A stretch of 64,000 nt of DNA from contig CBFIBM010000005.1 in assembly GCA_965660855.1 (NCBI GenBank), positions 33,466 through 97,465 of the forward strand. Direction: 5' to 3'. The position numbers were made by a program, and so were the translations under genes. The stretch comes from an uncultured bacterium (GTDB taxonomy: Bacteria; Fidelibacterota; Marinisomatia; Marinisomatales; UBA1611). Below, piece by piece: positions 50,481-62,358 of the stretch (position 1 is the stretch's first letter; every line of letters starts with the position of its first letter). A model generated the notes under the pieces. That model worked only from the letters and a program-made list of their open reading frames with translations, did not search any database and had not been told where the DNA came from.

Positions 50481-53450
50481 ATGGCAGATTTTTTTTTAGG
50501 AAATAAACATAAAATTGACTTTCAAGACCTCATGCCAAATCGAGTTCATGAGATTCTTCTGGTTGCGAGCCCGTATGATGCTTTTATTCTTGAGGAGGAT
50601 GGTCATTTAACTGAACAGATTTTATCCGAATATATTGGTATGAATTTGAATTATGCACCTAGAGCAACTAGAGTCTCAAATGGTCAAGATGCATTAGAAA
50701 TTATCAAAAAAAAGAAATTTGATCTCATTATTGTAATGCTAAGAATTGAAGATCAAGATCCCATAACTTTAGGTGCTGCTATAAAAGAAATTTATCCAAA
50801 AAAACCTGTGGTTCTTTTAGTTTTTGATGAAACTGAACTAAAACAATTACCTAATCTTATATCTCCAAAATCAATAGATCGTATATTTATTTGGTCTGGA
50901 GATGCCAGCGTTTTCCCTGCGATAATTAAATATGTTGAAGATAGAAAGAATGCAAAACAAGATATCTTAAAAGGTGATGTTCGTTCTATTTTACTTGTTG
51001 AAGATTCTCCAAGAATGTATTCAATCTTGCTTCCTTTAATTTACAGAGAAATTATGTACCAAACTAAAAATCTTATAAATAGAAGTTTGAGTGAATCAAG
51101 TAGACTGCTTCATCTTCGGGCAAGACCCAAAATTTTACTTACTCCAAATTATGAGACCGCTCAAAACTTTTTTAAAAAATATAAGCAAAATATGGTTGGT
51201 ATCATCTCTGATGTACGTTTTCCTAAAAATGGTATTAAAAATGCCAATGCAGGTCATGAATTAGCCGAATGGATTCGAAAGAGTGATCCTTCTATTCCGA
51301 TCCTCTTACAATCAACTGATATGAAAAATAAAGCACTCGCAAGCAAAAATTCTACAGATTTTTTACACAAGAACTCACCAACCCTTCTTAATGATTTAAG
51401 GCAATACATAATTGAAAATTTTGGTTTTGGAGATTTTATTTTTCGAACTAAAAAAACAAAAGAAATTGATCGAGCTTCAAATATTAAAGAATTGATACGG
51501 TTAATAGAAACTGTTCCCGAAGAATCTCTTTTCTTTCACGCAAAAAGACATCATTTTTCTAATTGGCTAGCTGCTAGAACAGAATTTGACTATGCGTCAA
51601 AACTAAGACCTATCTTAGTAGAAAATTTTCAAGAAGGTGCGGTATTGAGAAAATATTTACTAGATAAAATCAAAAAAAATCCTCATTCATCTTTTAATAA
51701 TATCGTAAGATATAATTCACATGATAATCAACCCGAGGAACCTAATTTTATACGATTATGTGGAGGGTCATTAGGTGGAAAAGCAAGAGGCTTAGGATTC
51801 GCTACTTCTCTTATAAGTAATTCAAAATTAGCTAACAAGTTTCATAACACGTTGATAAAAGTTCCAAAATTTTCAGTTATTGCAACAGATGAATTTGATC
51901 GATTTATGAAGGATAATGTGCTCTGGGAAAAAGCGCTTTCAATAAAAGATGATAAAAAACTAGAAAAAATTTTTATCAAAGGAAACTTATCTATTGATTT
52001 AATGCTAAAACTTGAATCTTTTATTGAGGAAAATAAAAATCCTCTTGCTGTCAGGTCATCTAGTTTATTAGAGGATTCTCAATATCAACCACTAGCAGGA
52101 ACATATGAAACATATATGCTTCCAAATAATTCAAGATCAAAAAAGAAGAGATTTAATGATTTGATAAAATCAATCAAACTTGTTTATGCATCCACATTTA
52201 AAGGAGAAGCAAAATCACTGTTGAGTAATACAGCACATAGGATTGAAGAAGAAAAAATGGCTGTTATTCTACAAGAAATATCAGGGAAAACTTATAACAA
52301 AGAAAGATTCTACCCTACATTTAGTGGAGTTTTAAAAAGTATCAATTATTACCCAGTTTCGTATATGAAGCGTGAAGAAGGAGTTGCATATTTATCATTG
52401 GGATTTGGTCGTACGATCGTAGATGGAGAAAAATGTTTAAGGATATCACCCAAATATCCTTCTATACTGCCTCAATTTTACTCTATCAAAGCTACGAAGG
52501 AAAATACACAAAATCACTTTTATGGTCTTTCATTAAATGCAAAAAAGAAGCTGGATGACGACCTCCAGCATTATTCATTAAAAGTTGCTGAGATCGATGG
52601 AGCATTAAAATGGGTAGGAAGTGTTATTTCTCAGGAAGATAGTATTCTTAAAGACACATTGAACATAAATGGGACTCGAATTATTTCATTTGCACCTGTT
52701 TTAAAATGGAATTCAATTCAACTAAGTGAGATCGCAAATGAGATGTTAAAAATTGGAAAAAAAGCATTGGGGTGCCCTGTTGAAATTGAATTTGCTGTTA
52801 ATCTGAATAAAAAAAGATTGCATGAATTCTGTTTATTACAAATTAAGCCCATTGTACTAACTGGTTTACATAAAAATTCTTCAAAGAAGAGTTATGAAAA
52901 TATATTTTGTAAGAGCTCGATAACTCTCGGTGATGGTAATATTACTAACATAAATAATTTCATTATTGTTAGACCAACCACTTTTGATATATCAAAAACA
53001 AAAGAAATATCAAAAGAAGTCAATGAAATAAATAGTCAATTTTCTATCAATGAGAATTATATTATATGTGGGCCTGGTAGATGGGGTTCTGCTGATCCAT
53101 GGCTTGGTATTCCAGTAAATTGGAAACAAATTTCTCAAGCAAAAGCTATCATTGAGATAGGAAGGGATGATCTTCCTATAGACCCCTCTTTTGGAAGTCA
53201 TTTTTTTCAAAATATTACAAGCTTACATGTTGCATATTTTACTATTAATAATAAGAATAAAGATGACTTACTTGACTTACATTGGCTTCAAGAAAAAAAT
53301 CTCTATAAAAGAATGAAGTTTATTGATTGGTATCAATTTGAAGAGGAATTCACCATAAACTTAGATGGAATGTCAGGTTTTGGAATAATACAAAAACCAG
53401 AAAAACCAAAAATTGAGATTATGGATGAGGAGGAATCATCAGGAATTTAA
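50481..53450 (+). CDS. Receiver-domain plus PEP/pyruvate-binding (PPDK_N/PEP-synthase-like) fusion protein
   Basis: Two receiver-like segments (ILLVASPYDAF; ILLVEDSP...GIISDVRFP), ATP-grasp motifs SLGGKARGL, LAVRSSSLLEDS, PVEIEFA, LLQIKP; C-terminal GPGRWGS...SFGSHFFQN. Confidence 0.88.
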   Translation: MADFFLGNKHKIDFQDLMPNRVHEILLVASPYDAFILEEDGHLTEQILSEYIGMNLNYAPRATRVSNGQDALEIIKKKKFDLIIVMLRIEDQDPITLGAAIKEIYPKKPVVLLVFDETELKQLPNLISPKSIDRIFIWSGDASVFPAIIKYVEDRKNAKQDILKGDVRSILLVEDSPRMYSILLPLIYREIMYQTKNLINRSLSESSRLLHLRARPKILLTPNYETAQNFFKKYKQNMVGIISDVRFPKNGIKNANAGHELAEWIRKSDPSIPILLQSTDMKNKALASKNSTDFLHKNSPTLLNDLRQYIIENFGFGDFIFRTKKTKEIDRASNIKELIRLIETVPEESLFFHAKRHHFSNWLAARTEFDYASKLRPILVENFQEGAVLRKYLLDKIKKNPHSSFNNIVRYNSHDNQPEEPNFIRLCGGSLGGKARGLGFATSLISNSKLANKFHNTLIKVPKFSVIATDEFDRFMKDNVLWEKALSIKDDKKLEKIFIKGNLSIDLMLKLESFIEENKNPLAVRSSSLLEDSQYQPLAGTYETYMLPNNSRSKKKRFNDLIKSIKLVYASTFKGEAKSLLSNTAHRIEEEKMAVILQEISGKTYNKERFYPTFSGVLKSINYYPVSYMKREEGVAYLSLGFGRTIVDGEKCLRISPKYPSILPQFYSIKATKENTQNHFYGLSLNAKKKLDDDLQHYSLKVAEIDGALKWVGSVISQEDSILKDTLNINGTRIISFAPVLKWNSIQLSEIANEMLKIGKKALGCPVEIEFAVNLNKKRLHEFCLLQIKPIVLTGLHKNSSKKSYENIFCKSSITLGDGNITNINNFIIVRPTTFDISKTKEISKEVNEINSQFSINENYIICGPGRWGSADPWLGIPVNWKQISQAKAIIEIGRDDLPIDPSFGSHFFQNITSLHVAYFTINNKNKDDLLDLHWLQEKNLYKRMKFIDWYQFEEEFTINLDGMSGFGIIQKPEKPKIEIMDEEESSGI

Positions 53451-53490
53451 ATTTTAATAGCATTCAAAGAAAATTTTAATTAGGTTATTT

Positions 53491-54864
<1,374 letters not shown>

Positions 54865-55100
54865 CTACTAAACCAGATTTCATTTGTAATAGAAAAATTA
54901 ATTTGTTTAAAAAATTTTATTTTATCAAGTTTACTTTTCATTGAAATATACTTTTAAAAAGAACTATTAAAACATGATTTAAATACCTATATTTTTTTTT
55001 ATACACTAGTTGTTATCTTATTTTTTTCATATAATTCGTATTAATTTATCGCGTTGTATTTTTTACTTTTTTGATTTATTCAAAAAAAATAAATTCTTAT

Positions 55101-55174
55101 GGCGGAGTAGCTCAGCTGGTTAGAGCACCGGAATCATAATCCGGGTGTCGGGAGTTCAAGTCTCTCCTCCGCTA
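55101..55174 (+). tRNA. tRNA-Met(CAT), probably elongator
   Basis: GGCGGAGTAGCTCAGCTGGTTAGAGCACCGGAATCATAATCCGGGTGTCGGGAGTTCAAGTCTCTCCTCCGCTA. Anticodon CAT; G1 pairs (no C1 mismatch) and no three consecutive G-C anticodon-stem pairs, so not an initiator. No encoded CCA. Confidence 0.93.
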
Positions 55175-55192
55175 CGCAAATTTATCGATGAG

Positions 55193-55218
55193 AAACCCGT
55201 TATTTTGACGGGTTTTTT
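55193..55218. terminator. Intrinsic terminator after tRNA-Met, probably bidirectional
   Basis: AAACCCGT-tattttg-ACGGGTTT followed by a T run, between the convergent tRNA-Met and ORF 55227..55493. Confidence 0.8.
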
Positions 55219-55226
55219 GTCACCCT

Positions 55227-55493
55227 CTATTTTTTCTTTTTATATTTTTTCTTTAAATCTTTTAATCGAACTTTATAAGATTTTCTCAATATTTTTTTTT
55301 CTTTCTTAAACTTAGTTTTTAGATCATTTAATTCTTCATTGTATTTATTCTTAAGTACATCTATCTCCATCTGAAATTCGGGGTTATCAACCTTAATCTC
55401 GAGAAATTTAGCTTCTTTTTGAAATTTTTGGCTAATTTGCTGTGCTTGAACAGTCACAAATATTGTTATTAAAGCTATTATTTTACATTTCAT
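55227..55493 (-). CDS. Small secreted Lys-rich helical protein
   Basis: Signal peptide MKCKIIALITIFVTVQA, purine-rich RBS-like sequence, basic C-terminal helix. Confidence 0.7.
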   Translation of the reverse strand: MKCKIIALITIFVTVQAQQISQKFQKEAKFLEIKVDNPEFQMEIDVLKNKYNEELNDLKTKFKKEKKILRKSYKVRLKDLKKKYKKKK

Positions 55494-55580
55494 TAAAATC
55501 CCTTTTTAATTATTTATATGGAGAAAATTATTTATCATCTTTAAACTTTGTCTGTAGATTTATTAGGTAAAAATACTATA

Positions 55581-58040
55581 ATGTTAAAAAAATACCTTAC
55601 TCTTTTTCTTTTTATTCTCTGTCATTCATGTGCTCCTGATATGCCAGAAGATGGTGATTTTATTAAGTGGACGACTACTTTAGATATTCCACTCATAAAT
55701 ACGGATATAACTCTTAAAACCTTAGCGGATGATTCTTTAGTTACTGTGGAAAGTATTTCTGATTTTTTCCAAAATGGTAACGTTGATGACTCTATTTATG
55801 TTTTTAATAAAAATATTAAAATAAGTAGTATTGAAGTGGGTGATAAATTAACGATGGACCCTATCACCAGTTCTTTTAGTCAAAATATTGATGATATATC
55901 AGTAGAAAATATTGAAAAAAATATTTTATCAAGTGTAGGCACTATATCTCTAACCGATATTGAACCAGCAAACACTGATCCTTTTATTTTTAGTGAGATT
56001 TATCCAGAAATAAATGATGCTCCAAATGATAATATGATTGCTATTCCTAGTTTTCAAATTTTACCTATTATAAAACAATTTATATTTGATGACTTTGATC
56101 AAGTAGAGTTTTCAGAAGGCATACTTGAACTCTCAATTACAAATAATATGATAATACCACTAGGTGCTCCGTTACTAATTGAGCTTCTAAAAGTTGAAAT
56201 GAATGATACTGTAAGTATTGAAGGTCTAACTTTTCAGTTTGAGGATGTTATTAATGCAAATAACGGTAATGCATTGAAGATGATTGATCTGGCTAATATT
56301 TCTTTACCAGGTGAAATTCTTGTAAGAGTCTCAGGCAATTGCCAAGGAACTGCAGGGGTTGAAGTACTTATTAATGAGGAGTCAAAAAACTCTAATTTTA
56401 TTGTATCAATTAGTGCGAGAGATATAAAAGCAAATTCAGCTATTGCAAAAATTCCAGAGCAATCAATACAAGAGAACAGCTTTATTGAGCTACAGCCGGA
56501 TTCGAATAAAGTTGTAAGTGCTTTAATCAAATCTGGAAGGTTGTTAATTGAAATTAATAATTATATGAACTTATCAAGTTCTTTGAATATTCTTATTCCC
56601 TCCTTAAAGAATCCATCAGGAGAATCATTTACGACCTCTATCGAAATAAATTCAAATACAATTGGAATTACAGATACAAGAGACATAGAATATTATTTAT
56701 TGACCTTAGACCCAGAAGATCAAACTGTTTTATATTCCTATGACATTATGACTAATGATTCAGGAGATGATTTTATAGAAATAAATTCTGAAGATAGTAT
56801 TGGAGTTAAAATAAAAATTGAAGGGGAGAATCAGGAATCAGGTCTTACTTTTTCTGAATTTACAGGTTACCTCAATCAAGATGCTATGATTGATTCTAAT
56901 ACCATCAATATTGAGACTGCAACCAAAGTCGATGAGGCGATACTTAATTCAGGAAAATTAGAATTATCTATACTAAATGAAATTGGAATAAATGCAGTTG
57001 TAAATTTCTCGATAAATGAAATCACAAAAGATGGAAATTATTTAGATACTTCTTTTACTATTTCAAATCAGCCGATGGATATAATGATTGATTTAAAAAA
57101 TTATAATCTAAACTTGAATCTGGATTCTAACCCACAATTTTTGACTTACACTTCTTCAATTGATATACCCACTGAAAACCTAATATCTTTAGCTTTTGAT
57201 AATTCAATTTCTATTGATGTCTATCTTGATAGTATTTCTTTTTCACAGGTTAGTGGCTATATAGATCCAGTTGATGTTATAATTGACAGCATTCAAAAAA
57301 ATATCGATCTTCCAAATCAGTTAGAAAACCTTGATTTTTCAACAATTAAAATGGATTTTTCTTTCAATTCTAATTTAAACCTACCTATTCATTTAGATTT
57401 AGAACTCTTATCAAGTAATGATGTAACAGGAGAAATATTTTCAAAGACAATTAATACTGTAAATATCACTGAAACTCCTGAGTTCTCAGTTCAAGGATTA
57501 GAAGAATTAATTAATATTAAGCCTAACAAAATTATAGCGTTTGGATCTGCTAAAATTGGATCAATTGATGATTTTGGATCAATTTCAATTTCTGATTCAT
57601 TAAATGGCTCTATAAATATTCTTGCACCTTTTTCATTTGAAATAAAAGAAGATAGTAATATTAAACTCGAACATGAAAAGCTAGATGCAATTAATATTGA
57701 CGATTTAGTTAAGGCTAAGGTTTTTGTCGATTATGAAAATAATTTAGATTTAGGTGCAAACATTATTGTTTTAACTGCAACAGATACTACTCTATTTGAA
57801 AATTTTATGGCCGATACACTTCTAGAGTTTACCCTAGAGCCTTCCAAAGCCAGTAAAGATAGTATCATACTTGATAAGTCATCGTTAGAGCTTTTATCAA
57901 AAGATAATAATTATATTGAATCTAACTTTAAACTATTAAGCCTTGATGATGAACCCTCTCGTTTTTTATCGACAGATACAATAAAATGTTCAATATATCT
58001 CAATACTGAAATTCTATTAGATCTCAATTCAGAAGAATGA
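55581..58040 (+). CDS. Large acidic beta-rich lipoprotein of unknown function; start probably ATG 55581
   Basis: MLKKYLTLFLFILCHSC lipobox; D/E/S/N/I-rich with repeated G.LE(L/I).I.N strands; 4-bp overlap with the next gene. Confidence 0.75.
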   Translation: MLKKYLTLFLFILCHSCAPDMPEDGDFIKWTTTLDIPLINTDITLKTLADDSLVTVESISDFFQNGNVDDSIYVFNKNIKISSIEVGDKLTMDPITSSFSQNIDDISVENIEKNILSSVGTISLTDIEPANTDPFIFSEIYPEINDAPNDNMIAIPSFQILPIIKQFIFDDFDQVEFSEGILELSITNNMIIPLGAPLLIELLKVEMNDTVSIEGLTFQFEDVINANNGNALKMIDLANISLPGEILVRVSGNCQGTAGVEVLINEESKNSNFIVSISARDIKANSAIAKIPEQSIQENSFIELQPDSNKVVSALIKSGRLLIEINNYMNLSSSLNILIPSLKNPSGESFTTSIEINSNTIGITDTRDIEYYLLTLDPEDQTVLYSYDIMTNDSGDDFIEINSEDSIGVKIKIEGENQESGLTFSEFTGYLNQDAMIDSNTINIETATKVDEAILNSGKLELSILNEIGINAVVNFSINEITKDGNYLDTSFTISNQPMDIMIDLKNYNLNLNLDSNPQFLTYTSSIDIPTENLISLAFDNSISIDVYLDSISFSQVSGYIDPVDVIIDSIQKNIDLPNQLENLDFSTIKMDFSFNSNLNLPIHLDLELLSSNDVTGEIFSKTINTVNITETPEFSVQGLEELINIKPNKIIAFGSAKIGSIDDFGSISISDSLNGSINILAPFSFEIKEDSNIKLEHEKLDAINIDDLVKAKVFVDYENNLDLGANIIVLTATDTTLFENFMADTLLEFTLEPSKASKDSIILDKSSLELLSKDNNYIESNFKLLSLDDEPSRFLSTDTIKCSIYLNTEILLDLNSEE

Positions 58041-59869
58041 TTATTCGTAACAAATACCTTTATTTAAGTTTTTTACTTTCAACTATTATTTATAGTCAAC
58101 AATTTATATCATCGCCAACTGAGCTTGCAACTTCTGGAGCATTTCTTGGAGGAAGACTAGGTACTAATGCAATACATTCAAACCCTGCACTCCTTGGAGT
58201 TAAAACAGGTGACTTAGTTGAACGATCTCTAATAGATACATTTAGTGTATCATATAGTGTAAAACTTGCAATTTCTGATAAAAAATCTGATTTGAAAATT
58301 CTACGTGACGTTCTTATCAAGAAAGAGTTTTATGAAGAATATAAAATTTCTAAAAAAGATTCTTTATTTATACTGAAAGCAAACGGATTTAATACTTCAA
58401 TAGCCGCATACAATTTTTCGATTAAATTACCTGTTGATATACCATTAAAAGTAATTATATCTGATACAACATGGGAAATAATCGAGAAACCCTTAGTTAA
58501 ATATAGAATAAAGTTATTTTCCACATTAGAAAAAGACACAGTAAAGTTTTATAAGAAAGTATTAAAGGAAAAACTAAAAGATTATGAGAGCAGTATAATC
58601 AAAACAGACTCCCTTTATCAGTACTTTTTGAATGTATCTAATTCAGAAGAAGAAGCAATCATATTAAAAAATAGCCCTACAATTCAAAGCATGTTTCAGA
58701 ACCCTTCAGTAGACTTTTTCTACAATTCTATTCCAGAAGGATTTTCTCCCGACTTAAGTATAACATTTCCATTACGATTTTCGATCGGTGTTGAAAATAA
58801 TCATGTCAATACAAATTGGTTCAATAAATATATCAGCGCTGATATGGTTGAAAATCCATCAATTAAAAGCAATTTTATAAAAAATATACCTTCTTCAGGA
58901 ATAAGTGGATCTTTGTATACAAATACTTCAGCATTGGAACTGACTTATCACAATTTTGGTATGTCTTTGTTTAATGTTCATACATTTTATAAAATGAATC
59001 TACCAAAAGAATTGTCGAAGATTATTTTTGAGGGTGTTCAATTTGACGAACCAAAAGATATCTCAAATTTTGATGCAAGAGCTTTAGTTTACAACGAGAC
59101 TGTTTTTTCTTATGGAAAAAAGGTTTCCTTTAAAAAAATCCCGTTTAATACATATTTAGGTATTGGAGTTCGATATTACAGTGGGCTTTTTTCTTATACA
59201 GAATCTTATACAGGTATTATCAGTACAAAACAAGATAGCATAAATATTTATTCAGACATAAATATAATATTAAATAAACCCAATAATATCGCTTCTGGTC
59301 TAGGTTTAGATTTAGGAATTTATAGTAAAATAAATGGAAAGTTTTCAGCGCAGGTAAGCTTAATTGGACTTGGGAGTACTTTAAAAAGTAAAAAGGTTGA
59401 TAATATAAAAAATATAAATAATATTTCTATTTCTAATAATGACATAAGTGAAATTATCGATTATAATTCTACCCAAAATGATTCAATAACAAATAGTTTT
59501 TCAATTCTTGATACTACCGAAATTATTAGAAACATATCAATAGATCTCCCTACTAGTTTGAATATTGCAACTAGCTATATTTTATCTAATAATTTTCATA
59601 TGAAAGCAGCATACAAACATATTGTAAGAACAAATTTTGCAGGTCAAATAAACCCTGAAATTTCATTAGGAGTAGAAATATATCCCAATAAACCTTACCC
59701 ATTATTAACCGGAATCTCGTTTGGAGGTGTAAATAAAATAACTTTTGGAGCAGGATTTGGATTAAATATTAAAAGACTATTTTTTAATTTTTCAATAAAT
59801 CAGTATGGTGGCCTTTTTAATTATGCGAAAGGATTTAATGTCGCATCAGAATTTCAATTCCTTTTTTAA
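58037..59869 (+). CDS. Outer-membrane beta-barrel protein (DUF5723-like) with an N-terminal insertion
   Basis: Signal peptide, NAIHSNPALLG motif, GLGLDLG strand, terminal FQFLF. Confidence 0.65.
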   Translation: MIIRNKYLYLSFLLSTIIYSQQFISSPTELATSGAFLGGRLGTNAIHSNPALLGVKTGDLVERSLIDTFSVSYSVKLAISDKKSDLKILRDVLIKKEFYEEYKISKKDSLFILKANGFNTSIAAYNFSIKLPVDIPLKVIISDTTWEIIEKPLVKYRIKLFSTLEKDTVKFYKKVLKEKLKDYESSIIKTDSLYQYFLNVSNSEEEAIILKNSPTIQSMFQNPSVDFFYNSIPEGFSPDLSITFPLRFSIGVENNHVNTNWFNKYISADMVENPSIKSNFIKNIPSSGISGSLYTNTSALELTYHNFGMSLFNVHTFYKMNLPKELSKIIFEGVQFDEPKDISNFDARALVYNETVFSYGKKVSFKKIPFNTYLGIGVRYYSGLFSYTESYTGIISTKQDSINIYSDINIILNKPNNIASGLGLDLGIYSKINGKFSAQVSLIGLGSTLKSKKVDNIKNINNISISNNDISEIIDYNSTQNDSITNSFSILDTTEIIRNISIDLPTSLNIATSYILSNNFHMKAAYKHIVRTNFAGQINPEISLGVEIYPNKPYPLLTGISFGGVNKITFGAGFGLNIKRLFFNFSINQYGGLFNYAKGFNVASEFQFLF

Positions 59870-59910
59870 TATTCTCCAATCATCATCCATTATCAATCTT
59901 TTCTATTCAT

Positions 59911-60249
59911 TCAGCCAATCGCCTCTTTACCCTTTTCCCCAGTCCTTATTCTTATACATTCTTCAATTGGTAAAATAAAAATTTTACCCCTACCACCGTC
60001 TTTTTTTGCGACATTTGTAATTGCTTCAATTGCAGCATCTACATATTCGTCATTTAAGGCTATTTCTAATTTCACCTTTTTTAGTAATGTTACTTGATGG
60101 GATACACCTCGGTAAACTTCATTAATTGGAATCTCTCTTCCTTGTCCTCTAGCACTAGAGATAGTGAATTTGTAAATTTTTCTTTTTAATAACTCTTCCT
60201 TTATCTCAGGAAGTTCTTCAGGTTGAATTACTGCCATAATTAATTTCAT
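59911..60249 (-). CDS. glnK: P-II nitrogen regulatory protein (GlnK-like, divergent)
   Basis: 112 aa; EVYRG T-loop, KKVKLEIA, GKIF, IRIRTGE; directly downstream of amt. Confidence 0.9.
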   Translation of the reverse strand: MKLIMAVIQPEELPEIKEELLKRKIYKFTISSARGQGREIPINEVYRGVSHQVTLLKKVKLEIALNDEYVDAAIEAITNVAKKDGGRGKIFILPIEECIRIRTGEKGKEAIG

Positions 60250-60286
60250 TTTTACCTCTTTAAGTTTTATTTGTTTTGAAAGTCCA

Positions 60287-60319
60287 AATCTCCGATAAAT
60301 GTATAATTTATCGGAGATT
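60287..60319. terminator. Perfect 14-bp stem-loop between amt and the P-II gene
   Basis: AATCTCCGATAAAT-gtata-ATTTATCGGAGATT; a T run follows on the + strand only. Confidence 0.7.
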
Positions 60320-60343
60320 ATTTTTTCATGACCTTTCTTTTAA

Positions 60344-61639
60344 TTATTCTACTGTTGTTACTTCAAAGCCAGCATAAGACTCCATCTCATGCTCACTTAA
60401 GTCTAGACCTTTAAGCTCATCCTGCTCAGATACTCTAAGTAAATCAAATGATTTAAGAGTATAAAAGACACCAAACATGGTTACAAATGCCCAGATAGGA
60501 ATTATTAGACTACCTATTATTTGAGCATCCATTGGGTGTCCACCAAAAATACCAGTGGCAATTCCACCCCAGATACCACACAAACCATGAACTGGCCATG
60601 CTCCAACAGGATCGTCAATTTTATATTTATCCAATATCATGATTCCTAGTACAACTAAAATACCTGCAAAAGAACCTATGATTATAGCCTCGTAATTTGT
60701 AACGGAATCACAGTTAGCTGTAATTCCAACTAATCCCGCCAAAGCCCCATTCAGAGCCATTGTTAAATCTGGCTTACTGAAAAGCACCCATGCAAAAATC
60801 ATTGCAAAAACAGCTCCTGCTGCTGCTGAAAGTGTTGTATTAGCAGCAATTAACATTACAGCATGAACATTTGTTGCTCCTGAAATTAATAACTGACTCC
60901 CTGGATTAAAACCATACCATCCAACCCATAATATGAATACACCAAGTGCAGATATAGCAAGATTGGATCCAGGCATTGCGTTTGAAGAACCATCTTTATT
61001 AAATCTACCAACTCTTGGTCCCAAAACAATTGCTCCAGCCAAGCCAGCAAACCCACCAACAGCATGAACAACTAAAGAACCCGCAAAGTCATAGAATCCC
61101 ATTGCATCTAAAAATCCGCCCCCCCATTTCCATGCGCCACTGATTGGATAAATAAAACCAGTAAGAACTACAGTGTAGACTAAATAGCCTATAAACTTCA
61201 TTCTTCCGGCAACTGCCCCAGAAACTATTGTTGCAGCCGTAGCGGCGAAAGCAACTTGGAATAACCAATCAACTTGAGGATCAAGTGCTCCAGGAGCAAT
61301 GCTTGTACCTTCTTGGCTTACACCAATGCCTGCAAATCCGAAGTAACCATTAAAGTCACCTGGATACATTATTCCATACCCAAAAATATAATAGAGCAAA
61401 ACGCCTAGTCCTAAATCCATAATATTTTTAAATAATATATTTACTGTATTTTTAGTAGCGTTTAATCCAGCCTCAAGCATTGAAAATCCTGCTTGCATAA
61501 ATAGAACCAGTACAGCGCAGAAAAATAAAAACATATTATCTATAGCAAATGCATTTTCATTTACAGTTAATCCGTCTGCTGATAATGTAGTTGTTAATGA
61601 TAGAAATGATAGAAATAATAAAAATAGTTTGAATTTCAT
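60344..61639 (-). CDS. amt: Ammonium transporter (Amt family)
   Basis: FMQAGFSMLEAG, FQVAFAATAATIVSGAVA, DFAGSLVVHAVGG, WYGFNPGS, NGALAGLVGITA, DDPVGAWPVHG (both pore His present). Confidence 0.97.
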   Translation of the reverse strand: MKFKLFLLFLSFLSLTTTLSADGLTVNENAFAIDNMFLFFCAVLVLFMQAGFSMLEAGLNATKNTVNILFKNIMDLGLGVLLYYIFGYGIMYPGDFNGYFGFAGIGVSQEGTSIAPGALDPQVDWLFQVAFAATAATIVSGAVAGRMKFIGYLVYTVVLTGFIYPISGAWKWGGGFLDAMGFYDFAGSLVVHAVGGFAGLAGAIVLGPRVGRFNKDGSSNAMPGSNLAISALGVFILWVGWYGFNPGSQLLISGATNVHAVMLIAANTTLSAAAGAVFAMIFAWVLFSKPDLTMALNGALAGLVGITANCDSVTNYEAIIIGSFAGILVVLGIMILDKYKIDDPVGAWPVHGLCGIWGGIATGIFGGHPMDAQIIGSLIIPIWAFVTMFGVFYTLKSFDLLRVSEQDELKGLDLSEHEMESYAGFEVTTVE

Positions 61640-61651
61640 TGAAAGGCTCCT

Positions 61652-62275
61652 TTATAAACTCATTCCAACAACGAGAAATGCATTTCCGCTATCAGGGTTT
61701 AAAATCCAGGAACAACTAAATTTATCATTACGTCCTGTTACTCCAATTTCAATTGGTGCAAATTCACCATCAGATGAATAGCCACCATCACCAAAACCTA
61801 ATAAAAACGGACCATATGTGAACCCTAAATATTTTGATAAAGGTGCTTTATCAGTATCAAATACTCCATAAAAACCAGGTTCATATAGAAACATTCCAGT
61901 GGTTATACCAATACCTGAGATTGATGCGCCTAATGAAATTTCTATGTTATGAGCACCCGTATCTTTTGCAGTTGAATTAAAATCAGTACCAGGAAAATAA
62001 TAATCTGTGATGGTTAATGAAAAATCCCCTACTGAATATGTTGCATACAGATCATTTTCCGAGCCAGTTCCACTATGTTGCCAAGCACTCCAAGCACCTA
62101 TTGTTAATGGACCAGTTGTATAGGATAATCCGGGTTGAATTGATGCACTATTTCCAAAATCGGTTCCTCTCCATACATATCTACTATATATATCACAGGT
62201 AACATCAATTTGTGAAAAAGCAATATTTGAGAAAGATATTAAATAGATAAGTAAAATTAATACTTTTTTAAGCAT
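61652..62275 (-). CDS. TorF/TIGR02001-like putative outer-membrane porin
   Basis: Signal peptide; SRYVWRG, SIQPG, GAW, ENDLY, TDYYFP motifs; first gene of the amt operon. Confidence 0.75.
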   Translation of the reverse strand: MLKKVLILLIYLISFSNIAFSQIDVTCDIYSRYVWRGTDFGNSASIQPGLSYTTGPLTIGAWSAWQHSGTGSENDLYATYSVGDFSLTITDYYFPGTDFNSTAKDTGAHNIEISLGASISGIGITTGMFLYEPGFYGVFDTDKAPLSKYLGFTYGPFLLGFGDGGYSSDGEFAPIEIGVTGRNDKFSCSWILNPDSGNAFLVVGMSL

Positions 62276-62358
62276 CTTAGCCTCTTTTTGTTTATTAAAT
62301 TAAGAATTAGTTGTATTTTAATTAATAATTTTAATTAATAATTAAAATATCTGCTTTA

